Assembly (NCBI RefSeq): GCF_004010195.1 | Contig: NC_057728.1 | Coordinates: 51,072,322-51,136,321, forward strand | DNA: 64,000 bases | Direction of reading: 5' to 3' | From: Chiloscyllium plagiosum | Lineage: Eukaryota | Translations under genes and position numbers: made by a program | Notes under the pieces: generated by a model | What the model was told of the DNA's origin: nothing | Seen by the model: the letters and a program-made list of their open reading frames with translations, nothing else | The model's database searches: none | In this document: one piece after another, positions 11,652-24,580 of the stretch | Layout: each line of letters opens with the position of its first letter | Position numbering within the stretch: position 1 is the stretch's first letter

Positions 11652-11788
11652 CCAAGACTCTCAGCCTCATTCCTGATGAAGGGCTTTTGCCTGAAACGTT
11701 GATTTTCCCACTTCTCGGATGCTGCCTGACCTGCTGTGCTTTTCCAGCACTACTCTAATCTCCAGTATCTGCAGTACCCACTTTCGCC
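11652..11788 (+). mobile_element. Penelope-like terminal repeat, family A
   Basis: TTCCTGATGAAGGGCTTTTGCCTGAAACGTTG...GGATGCTGCCTGACCTGCTG, flanked by a TCTGACT(T/A)TCCACCC direct repeat. Confidence 0.8.
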
Positions 11789-13539
11789 TCTGACTATCCA
11801 CCCTATCGATGTCTGGACAGTGATGCCAGACTTGGGAGTGTGCAAGTATTTATTTCAGGAGCTGCTTGAAGGAGCATTAATGTAAGAGAAAGGAAAATGG
11901 ATTGGTAATACCAGGGATTGGATCTCCCTGTCTTCCCTGTTTCCTTCCCATCATCTTGAAATCCAGTATCAGTAAGAACGCATATCCGAGAAATATCTGT
12001 TCATCAATTCAAGGATTCTACAAGTTTACTATAGTTGAGGATACATCAACTAAATAGCTGTGGTCTCAGGTTCATCTGTAGCAACTCAAGGGCTCTAAGA
12101 ATTTTTCAAACTGTATCCTTTCTCTTCCCATTGTACTGGACCCTCTCCCCTCGATATACCTGTGTTTGTGCATGTGTTTTCCATGTTCGTAGATAATATT
12201 TCTTTTCCTTTTCACTTAAGACAACTTTGTAATTAACAGTCAGCTCCATATTTCTGATCCAATGATTATTCTACAATTGCAATGTGATATTGCTGCACAC
12301 TACAAATAATTAAGAATCTTTGTTGGTGGTTGACCAAGAGTAGAGTTAACTAGGAAGCCAATCCACCCCGTTTCACTTGGCCGCAGTGATTCTTCGTGTG
12401 AGTTAGGTGTTAGCTCCTTAGTTACCTTTCAGTATTCGATATGTAATGCCGTATCCTGAATGTCTTTTGCCGGGCGGGATTTTCCCCACAGTGTAATTAA
12501 TATGTTCTGCTCTTCAGGATGACGTTATCAGGGAATTGGCTGCAATCCCACACCAGACATTGTTGGATGGATGGGTTTGATAGCTGCATGTCGGTCTCCT
12601 AATTGTATTCTAATTACATCTCGTGACACCAGGAGATTAAAAATAGCTTCCAAACAGCTGACTGTAGATTCAGGAGAAGCCGAAGATACTAGAGCTGATG
12701 GAAAGGTGAAATGAACCACCATAAAACTGTTGTTTCAGCCATCTAACAATTTCTTTGCCACGTTGGGGGTAGGCTAACAGATGTCCCACTGTATTGTAAG
12801 TTTTCAGAATCCATTACAATTACAGGAGCACAATGATCTATTATCTCAATACTATCACTTTTTATTATATTTCAGCCGCCTGCAATGTGGGATCATTGCG
12901 GGTGACTTTGTTTGTCAAATTTCAATCCTTGTGGAATCACTTGTGGAGTCAAAACGAAGTTTCATTGTAAACGCTACTGTGATCTGGTGCTCTCTGTAAT
13001 GACCCCGTTCAACTTACAACTCAGAGTTAGGGCCACAGAATTGGAAATATGTTTCTGAGTAAGTAAAAGTGAACATTCTGGACAATGAGCAAGCAGACAG
13101 GAGCGAGGTTCCTTGTGAAAGTTTAGCACATCTCAGTAATGGATTTGACGAGAATATTGATTGCCATCAGCTATAAATCTATTGGGTGCAACTGCCGATT
13201 ATGAATGCAGACTGGTCCTTTTTCCTTTGTTGCCTTTCGGTAGGCTCTGTGAAGTGTTTGGGGGTTAAAGTTGGGGAGGGGGGTGCTGCATTAAGACAAA
13301 AAAGCTTTGATAACGTGCCTCTCCTTTTGACAGTGGTGACTGGGGGATTCTGTAGTCAGTCTGAGTATGGGAGGGCGCACTGACAACCAGTTCTGCCAGT
13401 TTCAACATGAGACCAGTATGATATACCCTTGTCACCCTGGTGCCACAGTAAAGGAGAAGGTGCAGAAAAATCTCAGGGGAAAGGGGAAGATATAGGAATC
13501 CAGTTCATGGAATTGGATAAAGGAGCTGTGATGTCTTAG

Positions 13540-14100
13540 TTTAAAAATCTGCGAGTAAGTTACAAATCTGGACCTCGAGCCAGGTAATCTCTGGATTCCT
13601 CCCTGTCTCACATTGGGGTGGGTTTGAAAGTGCAGCGGGAAATGGCAGGTTATTGTTGGCCACAATTGTGTTAAACAATGGAGGATGACGGATGCCTGCA
13701 AATTTGACACCAATTCTATTGGGGGGATCTGTTCAAGCCAATGGGTTGGAACAGAACAGACATGGGACCAATATACCTAGATTGTTAGGTTAGCTAGCAC
13801 AATGGGTAAGTGATGGGAAGAGATGGGCAGCAGGACAAAGTATATCAATTTCAGAACTAAGGTCCTCGGAGTACTGGGAATGGCAGAGAGAGAGAAATAA
13901 CATACAGTTGTTTGTGGTGACGAAGAGCTCTTAGTTCTGTTGTGTCTGTGTGTAAATGTAGAAAGTATGGTTCAAAGATGGTGAGTTACTGTGGCATATA
14001 GCCTCCTGGGAATGTAACATGTTGGTAGTAACAGAGACCTGGCTCAAAAATCATGGAGGATTGGATGCTCAGTATTCCTAGGTACAAGGTGTTCAGGAAA
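13540..14100 (+). mobile_element. Ancient CR1 remnant: ORF1 esterase end and ORF2 endonuclease start
   Basis: Degenerate NVESM(NARS)...VVVTETWLK...DWMLSIPRYKVFRK motif at ~13950-14100, preceded by ORF1-like SRT...VISG...GTNI remnants. Confidence 0.6.
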
Positions 14101-15049
14101 CATCATCATCTTGAGTGATCTGCCTGAAGGCAGGTCCCTGCCTCATTATCCGCTGATGGCCCATCTAGAGACATTTCTCTGGCAATGTGTGTCAATGCTG
14201 ATTTGTCATTATCGTCCACTCTTGGGGACAGGCTGGGAGGCATGTCCCAGGTTTACCCCTGTTGTCGTTTTAATTCATAACGCCACCCTAATCATGCAGG
14301 CAACCATTGAATCGGTGCATAGTGAGGAAAGGTTGGGAAAAAGAAAAGGAAGCTGATTTGATCAAAAATACATCCTAGGGCTAGACAAAGAGGCAGGCTG
14401 CCCTTTAGGATCCAGAGGCAAGATCTACTTGGAGTCAGAGGATAAGCAGTGACTGAAGTGCAAGAGCTATGGAAGAATTAAAAGAGGAAGCATTAACCAC
14501 CCAGTGTTAAATGTGGCACTGTGTTTTATTGAAGGCAGAGAGGATGATAGTAACAGACCTCTGAGGTGTCCCTCTACTCCCAGATTGACCAGAGGAAACC
14601 TTTCAAAGCTACCCCAAATGCCCACCTGATGAGGATTTGGCTTTGGCCTGGAGCCAGGAAGAGAGTACACTGGACCATCCATCATGGTAAGCTCTGCTTC
14701 ACTGAGGGGTTAGAGTCTAGGCAGATGACAAACACTGAAGATCCGAGAGCCGGGGAAAGCTCAAGAAGGCAAATAACCCCTTCATTGACCAGGGATTGTC
14801 AACAGACTGACTGACTGACTGATTAATCACTCACTGCCGATATGGAATGCAGGCTTTATTTAATATGGTTTCTCCTTTTGTCTTTTACTGTCCATTTTGC
14901 ATCTCCTTTACTTTTCACCAACTCTTGTCACTTACAGACTCTCCTCCTGGTTTCTTTTCCTTTTTCGTTTTTTTTGCTCTCTCCTGTCTCCCTCTCTTTT
15001 TTTCTAGGACGCTGTGGCTAATATCCCTTACATTCTTTGTAGTCTCTCA

Positions 15050-16100
15050 GAACTTAACAGCCTGGTGGAACAGGCAAACGCAAGGCAGATGGAAATGTAA
15101 TGTAAAATAAAGTGTGATGTGATAAAGCTTTGGTTGGAAGAATGGGATGGAGGAGGGCAGACAATCCATGTTAAATGGTGCAATTTTATAGAAGATTTCC
15201 AGATCTTTGAACACGACACGATAGATTAACGAGGCAGGATCCTGCACTTTATGAACAAGATTATTTCAGAACAACAGCCAAGATTAAACTATAGAAGCCA
15301 CTGGTTGAGCCACAGTTGGAGAATCACGTCCAACTCTGGGCACTGTGGTTTAGGAAGAATGTGAAGGTTTGGAAAGAGTACAGAAGAGATTTAATAGACT
15401 AGTTCCAGGGATTAAGGATCACAGTTTTCTGAATGAAGTGGAGTAACTGAGACTGCTCTCACCAGAAGAGAAATTAAAGAGGGAATGTGATGGAGATGTT
15501 TCAGCTTGGAGACAGCAATAAAGAGCAACTTGCTAGAAGTGAAGGGTCAGTAACCTGGGGTACAGGTTCAAAATAATCAATGAAAGAATCAGAGACAGTG
15601 TGAGGAAAGCTCTTTTTATTTAATTGACAAGAAAATAAAGACTTTTTTTTATAGAATCCCCACATTGTGGAAACAGGCAATTCAGCCCAACAAGTCCACT
15701 CCAACCCTCCGAAGAGAATCCCACCCAGACCCATTCCCTACCTAATCCCTGTAATCCTACATTTCCCTTGACTAATGTACCTAACCTACACTTTCCTGAA
15801 AACTGTGGATAACTTAGTGTGGCCAATCCACCTCACCAGCACATCTTTGGATTGTGGGAGGAAACCAGAGCATTAGGAGGAAACACATGCAGATATAGGG
15901 AGAATGTGTAAACTCCACACAGACAGTCACCAGAGGCTGAGATCGAGTGGGTCCCTGGCGCTATGAATCAGCTGTGCTAACCACTGAGCCATGATATAAA
16001 GGAGATGTAATTGCTGAATATGGGACAAGAGCCAGTGAATTATATTCAGCGGGTAGCTCTTCAAAAGAGCCAGCACAGACTCAATGGGCCAAATTCCGTA
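15050..16100 (+). mobile_element. Degenerate CR1 ORF2 3' part and 3' UTR, interrupted by an HE1 SINE
   Basis: GCAGATGGAAATGTAATGT..AAGTGTGA (WQMxFNxxKC), LVxPQLE..QLWA motifs, and the tail GAGCCAGCACAGACTCAATGGGCCAAAT. Confidence 0.7.
15651..15993 (-). mobile_element. HE1-type SINE, near full length
   Basis: Antisense tail ATAGAATCCC..TGTGGAAACAGG through to the head TGCTAACCACTGAGCCA. Confidence 0.9.
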
Positions 16101-16942
16101 GAGTCCTCTTGATTGAAGTAGAGAATGGAGTAACAGACTAACAGCTACCACACCACATGGCACTCTGAATCAGTGTGCCAACTCACTTTGACTTATTACT
16201 GGCAGTGAGGTGATTTTATTTGGATCATTGGTCCAGAGAGATGAATACTTTCAGTAATCTTTAAGATCCCACTGGTTGTGCTAGTTGGCTTGGCATGGCA
16301 AGCTGTTCATTGGATTGAAGTGTGGTCCCTGATGTGTGTCAGAGGAGATGAATCAGCATCTACTTAAGATTGATCGTAATGCTCTCTAGATTTTTTTTTC
16401 TTCCTCCGAAACTTACTTTCTTCAGTTTTTAAATTGAATTCCTGGCTGCTTGAAGATAAAATTATTTTTAATTCAGTCAGTTGGTGGTACAGAACTGGAA
16501 TGTTTCTGAAACACGGCATGCTGTCCTAACACTCATCAGGACCGGATTACAAGAATACTAGAACTTAAGGGGAACAGCAGTTTATATTACATGAGAAAAA
16601 GATGCTGATTAGTTGGGAAATGGATTCTGATTAGTAAAGATGGTGGCATCTTTAACTGACAAGCTTTTATTTATTTAAATTCTGACCAGGCCATTTAACT
16701 CTGATCAAGGCATTGCCCGTGGGGAATTTTGTTTTAATTCATTCATGGGGTGTGAACATCCAGGCTAGGCCACCATTTATTATCTATCACTGTTTAGGCA
16801 GTTATGAGTCAACCACATTGCTGTGGGTGTAGAGTCACATATAGACCAGACCAGGTTAGGATGGCAGATTTCCTTCCCTGAAGGACATTAATGAACAATG
16901 GTTAGTTTTTATTCCAGGTTTTTATTGAATTCAAATTTCACC

Positions 16943-17518
16943 TGTGACAGTGTGGTAGTTTTTAAGAGGTTATTTTGGCCTGGTTTGTTTTTGGGAGAGA
17001 GATTCTAAGGCGGAGTTGCTGAGCTGACAACTGAAGACCACTTAAGAGTTTGAGAAGCCTTGTTTTTTTTTTAAATGCAGCCAGCTTTCTCAGATCAGGA
17101 TTTCTGCTGGTGTCTGAACAGAGTTGGAAACTTCAGTGAGTGTCTCCTGGGTGCTATGCTTTGAGTTTTCTCTTGATGTTTTTTTTCCTCCAGAATTGGA
17201 GAACTGCATGAGAATCTGTGTTTGAATTTTCCTTTTGGCCAAGGGGTGTGTTGCTATATTGGAATGAATAATTAGTAATAGTTACTTAATCTATTATTCA
17301 GTGTCATTTTCTAGTAGAGTTGTTATTCTAAATTCCTCTTTCTTTGCATGTATTTTAACTACGGTGTTTTTAAAAAAAAACGTGTTTTGCTTAATGCCAA
17401 AAAGTTTGACCAGTCGTATTGCATCTGGAACAGGCACTTTACATTTGGCTTTAAAGTAAGAAAAAGTTAGGGTCTAGGCTACCTTCTTAAAATATTTTGA
17501 GATTTGGTCCATACTACA
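16943..17518. mobile_element. Probable solo LTR (TG...CA) inserted in a tRNA-derived SINE
   Basis: Starts TGTGACA and ends GGTCCATACTACA, about 575 bp. It interrupts the SINE motif AATTCAAATTTCACC|ATATGCC. No clear TSD. Confidence 0.5.
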
Positions 17519-18436
17519 ATATGCCTTCTGTCTTGTGAATTAGTCTGATGAATGCAAAACAGAAATCTTTGACAAAATGCGTCTTTTATTGTTAGCAACA
17601 CCATTTTTAAAAAAAAAACTTGATCACAGGATGTAGGTATCGCTGGCTGGCTAGTTATTATTGCTCATTCCTAGTTGCCCTTGAGAAGGGCAGTTCATGT
17701 GGCATTAACTCTGTACTGTGAGACATCATTTGCCTTTTACCCATACTTACACAGTGAAGCGCTGTAAAATTAACATCTAAAGTATGAAACTTGTGGAATA
17801 GTTATTTTGTTCACTGTGCAAATAGCAATCGAGCTCCCTGATGCAAAAATACTCCATTATAGCAATATATTTAGTTGTAGTGAAATTGGAGTATGATTCT
17901 GCTATTTGGGGGTAGATCAGTGTGAGTCCTTGTGTACGTTTGTCATACTTTGTTAGCATGCTTCAGTAGGGACACGTTTCTTGCAGGCTAATGTGCAAGT
18001 AACCTCGGACAAACCTTACTTGCCTGCAATTATGGATAATTTAACACACGAGTCACCAAGTCTGTACCATACAACTGTAAAAATAAACCTCTGTGATCAC
18101 GTGCTTTGAAGGCAAACTCTGAAGAAACCCAGACAATTGATCCTGCTCCCTGGATCTTCAGCCTGGTGCCAATTTAAAATAGGACTGACCTGAAACTGAC
18201 CAGCACATTCCAAGCCATCGCTAGTACCCCACACAGATAACATTGAAACTCTGAGCTCTATTTTAAGAATGAAGTCTTCAGCCCAAAGAGGAATAGAGTT
18301 CAGAGACGGGGACCTAATTTTACAAGGTCCACGTACCCTGCCTTATCCCATCAGTACCATTCCCAATTAAAAGTCAGTCCAGTTCCCGAACTTGAGGAGC
18401 TCATGGAGGCTATATCTCAGTCACATCTGAGGCATT

Positions 18437-18588
18437 ATGTGCAGGTTAGGTGAATTGACCATGCTAAATTGCCCGTAGTGTTAGGTGAAGGGGTAAATGT
18501 AGGGGAATGGGTCTGGGTGGGTTGCGCTTCGGCGGGTCGGTGTGGACTTGTTAGGCTGAAGGGCCTGTTTCCACACTGTAAGTAATCT
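18437..18588 (+). mobile_element. HE1-type SINE 3' half
   Basis: ATGTGCAGGTTAGGTGAATTGACCATGCTAAATTGCCC...GGGCCTGTTTCCACACTGTAAGTAATCT. Confidence 0.85.
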
Positions 18589-20851
18589 TAAAAAAAACAA
18601 TTGGCTTCTTAAAGGCTTCAGTGGGCCATAGGCCATGCTGTCCAACATCTGTGGACAGGGAGGCAGTGAGCTGTGCGTACCTTCTAAACATGTGCCGTCT
18701 GTGTGTGTGTACCTCTTGGTGTGTGCTGTGTGCCTCCTGTGTGTGTGTATCTGCCATGTACTTTTATAGCATGTACATCTGCCACAGACCTACTGTGGGC
18801 CATCTGGCACATGCTGTCTATGTGTGCTAAGCATGTACCGTCTGTGAGTTTTGTGACGTGTGCTGTTTGCAGTGACTCACTAATAGCAACGCAATGCAGA
18901 ATTGGACAAGGTCACCTTCAGCTCATTTACACTTTCAGAGAGATTGCAGTCAGTTAGTGGTGCTGCACTGATCTGTGAGGGACCTTGGGGAATCGCAGCC
19001 ATTTCCAACTCTCACACGGAGGAGTATTTCTTTCCCAGAATCGAGAGGGGTGGCATAATTCCAGGTGTGAATGCTCTGTAAAGATTGGTATTTAGGAGCC
19101 CTTGATCATTTTTCCCCACAGAAGATTCATTTCAGAAATATCCCAACAGGATTTTAATGCTCGACCTGTGGTTGACAGCTCTCATTGTATGTTTTACTGG
19201 AGATTTATCATGTGACCTGCCATCACATGACCAGCAGTCCCCTCACCCATGAAAAATAGCCATTTTTGGCCATTTCCAATACATTGAAATAAGGTACAGA
19301 AAAAAAGAAACTGTTGCATACTCTTGTCAACAGATTCTTGTGCTGTTTAGTTCCGAGATGAACTTCTTACCAATGTCCAACAGTCATTGAGGTGTTATGG
19401 CACAGAAAGAGAACCATCACCCCATTGAATCTATGCTTGCTATTTGTAGAACAATCCTTTCAGTTCAATTCCTCTGTGTTAGATCTCATATTTTCCAGTG
19501 AGAGTCCGAGTCCGGTTGTAGATTCAGATCCAACTTTATTTCGGTCCAACTTTGTTACAGCTTCAGATTTTCTTTACCGTAAGGCACACACAAACTTCAG
19601 ATTGTATGCAGTTAAAACTTAGTGCTCCCCCCCCCCCAATTTTTGATCCTATTGGTCAGCAATGCTGAGATGTTCCTTTGTAATTCGCGCTCTCATACAG
19701 CATCTTAAAGAGATGGACAGCCTGGTGGTCCAGCCCCTGGTCATGATGTTTTCACAAACTTTCTTATCTTTCTTCTTGAAGCTTTTCACAATGGATAATA
19801 GTTGCCAGCTGCACATTCTAGCACATTTAAGACATAGCTGCTATTGTTCTACTTGCAGAGACTATATCAAGCAAGTATTTTCCCATATGCTCTAACTCCT
19901 GTAGCAATGGGCAGCTGTCGGCCATTTTGTGCTATTTAGGGCAGTCCTAACACACTACCTCCATGCCTCTGCAGGGGCATTTTGATCAAGGACCAATCCA
20001 CTTTCACAATCATTCATCACCTCTGCTTCCACCGTCCATGTAACCACTAAACTCCGGGATTACCACTTCCTGAGTAAGCAAGATCTCAACACCATCCTCA
20101 GCGCCATCTCCTGCCCAAAGCTTTAAATCTGTGTGTAAATGTCCTTACATAATCCCCCAATCAGAACAGCCTTTCCTTGTCTACCTTATCAATAGCTATC
20201 ATCATTTTATACACTTCCATCAAATCTTGCTTCGAAGAATGAGGGAGGATCTCATAAAAATTCTAACAAGATTAGACCTTGTAAACACAGTAAGGATGTT
20301 CCTGATGGTGGGGGAGTCCAGAACCAGGGGTCATAATTGAAGAATGAGGGGGGGAAGCCTTTTTAAGCTGCGGTTGAGAGAAATTTCTTTCGCCAGAGAG
20401 TGGTCAGCGTGTGAAAGTCACTGCCACAGAAATTGATCGAGGCCAAAACATTGTGATTTCAAGAAAGAAGTAGATATAGCTCTTGTGGATCAAGGGATGT
20501 GGGGGTAGGCTGGGATTAGGGAATTGGGTTGCTGATTAGTCATGACCATGATGAATGACGGAGCAGGCTGGAGCGGCTTCTACTCTGTATGTCTCCTTCA
20601 ATCCCCGACACTTCAAAGACAAAAAGCCCTATTTCACTGCCCTAACTTTGGAGCTAAAATCTTTCATCCCTGGAAGCATTCTGACAAAAGTCCCCTTGAC
20701 GAGCACCCTCCCATCCTTCCTAAAGTGTGACGACCAGAACTGGGTATAATACTCCAGTTGTGGCTGAATCAGAACCGCTGTCTTGAACTGTTTTCATCAG
20801 CTTGGAGGGCAACTTGTAGATGATGATGTTCCTGTGTATCTGCTGTCCTTG

Positions 20852-21055
20852 GAGAAAGCGAGGACTGCAGGTGCTGGAGATCAGAGCTGAAAAATGTGTT
20901 GCTGGAAAAGCACAGCAGGTCAGGCAACATCCAAGGAGCAAGAGAATCAACGTTTCTTCAGGATTCCTGAAGAAGGGCTTATGCCCGAAACGTTGATTCT
21001 CCTGTTCCTTGGATGCTGCCAGACCTGTTGCACTTTTCCAGCAACACATTTTTTA
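20852..21055. mobile_element. Penelope-like terminal repeat, family A, foldback insertion
   Basis: Inverted arms flanked by an exact 16 bp TSD, GTATCTGCTGTCCTTG, at 20836-20851 and 21056-21071. Confidence 0.9.
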
Positions 21056-21239
21056 GTATCTGCTGTCCTTGTCCTTCTGCATAGTGGAGATCATGAGTTT
21101 GCCAAATGCTATGTCTAAGGAAGAGAGAAGACAATACAAGTTGGCAAGGGAATGTAGAATGGTTAAGTGAGTGAGCAGATAGAATATAATAGACTGGTTA
21201 AGTGAGTGAGCAGATAGGATATAATGTAAAGTTTAGGGG

Positions 21240-21592
21240 TACCATTGGCATATTTGATAATGTCAGTGATCCAGATTAATGCTGGGAGGACACCGGTTCA
21301 AATCCCACGATGACAGTTGGTGAAATTTAAATTCAAGTAATTAAGTAAGTCTGGAATTGAAGGCTAGTCTCAGTAGTAGGGACCATGAATTAACTAATGT
21401 AAAAACCCATTTGGTCCACTAATGTTGTCTAAGAAAGGAAATCTGCTGTCAATTTAGCCTGCATGCCACTCCAGATTCATAACAATATGGTTGACTCTTA
21501 AATGCCCTCTGAAATGGCTTGGAGAACTACACATTTCAGGGGCAATTAGGGATTGACAATAAATACTGGTCATAAAGTGACGCCCACAACCA
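21240..21592 (+). mobile_element. Old tRNA-derived SINE (second family)
   Basis: GGTTCAAATCCCAC box, AAAAACCCATTTGGTCCACTAATG, GGTTGACTCTTAAATGCCCTCTGAAATGGC, and the tail GGGCAATTAGGGATTGACAATAAATACTGG. Confidence 0.75.
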
Positions 21593-22731
21593 TAAGAGAT
21601 TAGGACCAGTTGTGCCAAGCCCACCTGGTGTTACTATGTTGGCTGGAAGATTGCCGTTTGGATAGCTGGTGGGTACCTGGCAGTCCTAGCCTCAGGGTAA
21701 AGAACCAGCCATTTAGGACTGAGATGAGGAAGAGGAGGAGCTTTTTCAAAGTATTATGAATCTTTGGAATTTTGGAACCCAATGATGACTGCTCTGTTGA
21801 TGAATACATTGCGAGGGTAAGATTTTGGGAATTGAAAGGTATGGGGATAGGGCAGAAAAATGAACTTGAGGAAAGGTTCAAGGGATCATGTGGCCTGTTT
21901 CTGCACCTATTTCTTACATTCTGCAAAAAAATATTTAATACCTTTTTACGATTGCCTATGCTGCATTTCTGCAGGCTAATCTATTTCATGGTTATTCTTT
22001 TAATCTGAAGGTACTGATTCTGTATTTTAATATCCTAGAGTTAATTGTGGAATCAGCAATTCACAAGTGGCTTCTAAGAAGGCAAGAGGTGAAGCAAAGC
22101 TATTTAAATAGCCGTGCCACTATGAGGTGAATGTTGTCCTGTTCAGGCCAATTTGAGAATATCTTGTGTCTTCAGTTCCACCTGGGATTACTTGCACATG
22201 AGGAGCCCTGCAGAGTGTGCACCTGCAAAAGGGGTTGGGTCTAACCTCCATGTTTTGAATGGAATTGCATTTTTGGAAAGGAGGTTTGACATTGTGGAAT
22301 GGGGAATCCAAATATGCACAGCTTTAGTCTCCTTCAGGAAGGATATGATTGCATTAGAAGCTGTACATAGAAGATTCACTCAAGTGATTCCTGCGTTGGA
22401 AGGAAGTGGTTTATGAGGATAGGATGAATCTGTGTACAGTGAAGTTCAGATGAATGAGAGATTACCTTTTTGGGACAGATAAGATGCAGAGGGATGTTGA
22501 AAGGTTGTGATTCCTCTTGTGGGAGAGACCAGAACTAGGGGGGACTGAGTTTCCACAGCTCCTGTGGTGGACAATTCCAAACATTCACAACCCTCTCATG
22601 TAAAACAATTTTCGCACCATCTTGGACATAAATGGCATTCCCCCTTAATTTTTAAACTGTGCTTCCTAGTTATGGTCTCGCCAACAGGGGAGACATCTTA
22701 ACCTACATAATTATTGCTCCTTGAATAAATT

Positions 22732-23048
22732 GGGCGGCATGGTGGCTCAGTGGTTAGCACTGTTGCCTCACAGCACGAGGGTTCCAAGATCGTTTCCAGC
22801 CTCGGGCAACTGTCTGTGCGGAGTTTGCACATTCTCCCCGCGTCTGAGTTGGTTTCCTCCGGTGCTCCGGTTTCCTCCCACAATCCAAAGATGTGCAGGT
22901 CAGGTGGACGGGCCATGCTAAATTGCCCGTAGTGTTAGGTGTACTGGTCAGAGGGAAATAGGACTGGGCAGATTCCTCTTTGGTGGGTCGGTGTGGACTT
23001 GTTGGGCCGAAGGGCCTGTTCCCACAATGTTGGGAATATAATCTAATC
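22732..23048 (+). mobile_element. HE1-type SINE, full length
   Basis: tRNA-like head GGGCGGCATGGTGGCTCAGTGGTTAGCACTG (A box), V-domain, and (AATCT)n tail. Confidence 0.92.
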
Positions 23049-24245
23049 AAAGTTATAGGCGTTAAAAACAACCCAGTGTGGGTTTGGGTCAGAGTGCTGT
23101 GTTTGGTTAAGAGGTGAGTGCAGCCAGTTGTGGGACATGTCAGATCCTGAACGAGTTGAGTGAGTAGAGTGATATTTTGACGGGTAAAAGGGAAAGTGGC
23201 AACCCGTTAATCAGGCTGAAGGAAATGATGTGCCAGAAGCTAATGGTACTCTAGGCTCCTGGGTGCGAAGTTTATCTAGTCCCTAATGATTATATTTCTT
23301 GGTTTTATTGTCTGTGACAGAGTGCTGGAGAACTGCTGAGTTGGAAACCAAATAAACTGGAGAGAGATTGTGACGGGAGTTGTGAGGCCACTGTGTAGAG
23401 TGCTGGAACAGCTTTGTGCTTGTGTAAGCTTCAGACTCACCTTCTGATGCTTAAAGGGGCACAATTTTCTGAGGATTAGACCTCAATCTGATGAAGTTTA
23501 CTGTTTTTAAATGAGCAACAGAAGCTAGAGTTATTCAACAGTATAAAATAGTGTGGTTACACGTTTGGGAATAACTGGTTTCATACCAGTTAATTATACA
23601 GTGCTGCGGTTAGGACAAAGACTTCCATATTTGCACATCTCCTTTCACATTCGTGGTTGCCTTTGTTATGCTCAAGAATGTTGCAAGCTTGATGTTTAAA
23701 GAGGTGTTGAATGTAGGAACATGTGACTGAAAGTAGAAGTTATAGCAGCGGACAGCAACCCATTCTCCCCCCCCCCCCCCCCCCCGATTCTCCCTACCCC
23801 ACTAATGGCCACCAGTTTGCACTTGCCCTAGTTCCCTTTCCCTGCTCATGCCTCAATCAACTCCCACCCCTTCCTCATTGTGGAATAGTACCACATCCCA
23901 GAGCTCCGCAACACAATCCAGGTGCTGAGCTGCCATAACTTGACTCATTCAGAATAGTTTATCTGCATGCAGCCAGATGATGGGTTCCATTTGTCCCTCT
24001 CGCAGCAGTTTAACACCATTGCTGCTTATCCTTTGAAGGGAGAAGGACATTAGCCGTGGAATACAGCCAATGGTCAGACCATTGTGTGAACATGTTCGAT
24101 GTAGGGAGGCTGTTTGTGCTGTAAAGTACCTTGCAGTGCTGCCGGACCAGGGAGTCCTGCCACAGTTACCTCCTGCCACCAATGCTAGGATTATAAAATG
24201 ACAGCCAGCCTGTTTAGCCAGGTTATCTGTAAGGATCAAGTACTC

Positions 24246-24580
24246 ATAGAATCCCGACAGTGTGGAAACAGGCCATTTGACCCAACAAGTCCACAGCAAC
24301 CCTCTGAAGAGGGTCCCACCCAGACCCATTCCCCTATTACTCTACATTTTACCCCTGACTAATGCACCTAACCTACACACCCCTGAACACTATGGGCAAT
24401 GTAGCATGGCCAACTCACCTAACCTGCAAAACTTTGGACTATGGGAGGAAACCAGAGCACCTGGAGGAAATTCACGCAGACATAGGGAAAAAGTGCAAAC
24501 TCCACGCAGACAGTCATCGAGACTGGAATCGAATCTGGGTCCCTGGCGCTGTGTGACAGTGGTGCCAGCCACCGTACCAC
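24246..24580 (-). mobile_element. HE1-type SINE
   Basis: Antisense full-length copy, CATAGAATCCCGACAGTGTGGAAACAGG...CAGCCACCGTACCAC. Confidence 0.88.

Noticed and set aside
18680..18860. Cys-rich ORFs (18621-18957)
   Set aside because: They derive from a degenerate (TG)n low-complexity tract.
21158..21228. 35-bp tandem duplication TGGTTAAGTGAGTGAGCAGATAG.ATATAAT
   Set aside because: An ordinary slippage duplication within a small CR1 remnant.
22732..22810. tRNA genes (A/B boxes here and at 27640, 36929, 37785, 43874)
   Set aside because: These are SINE heads continuing into SINE bodies, with no complete cloverleaf or acceptor stem.
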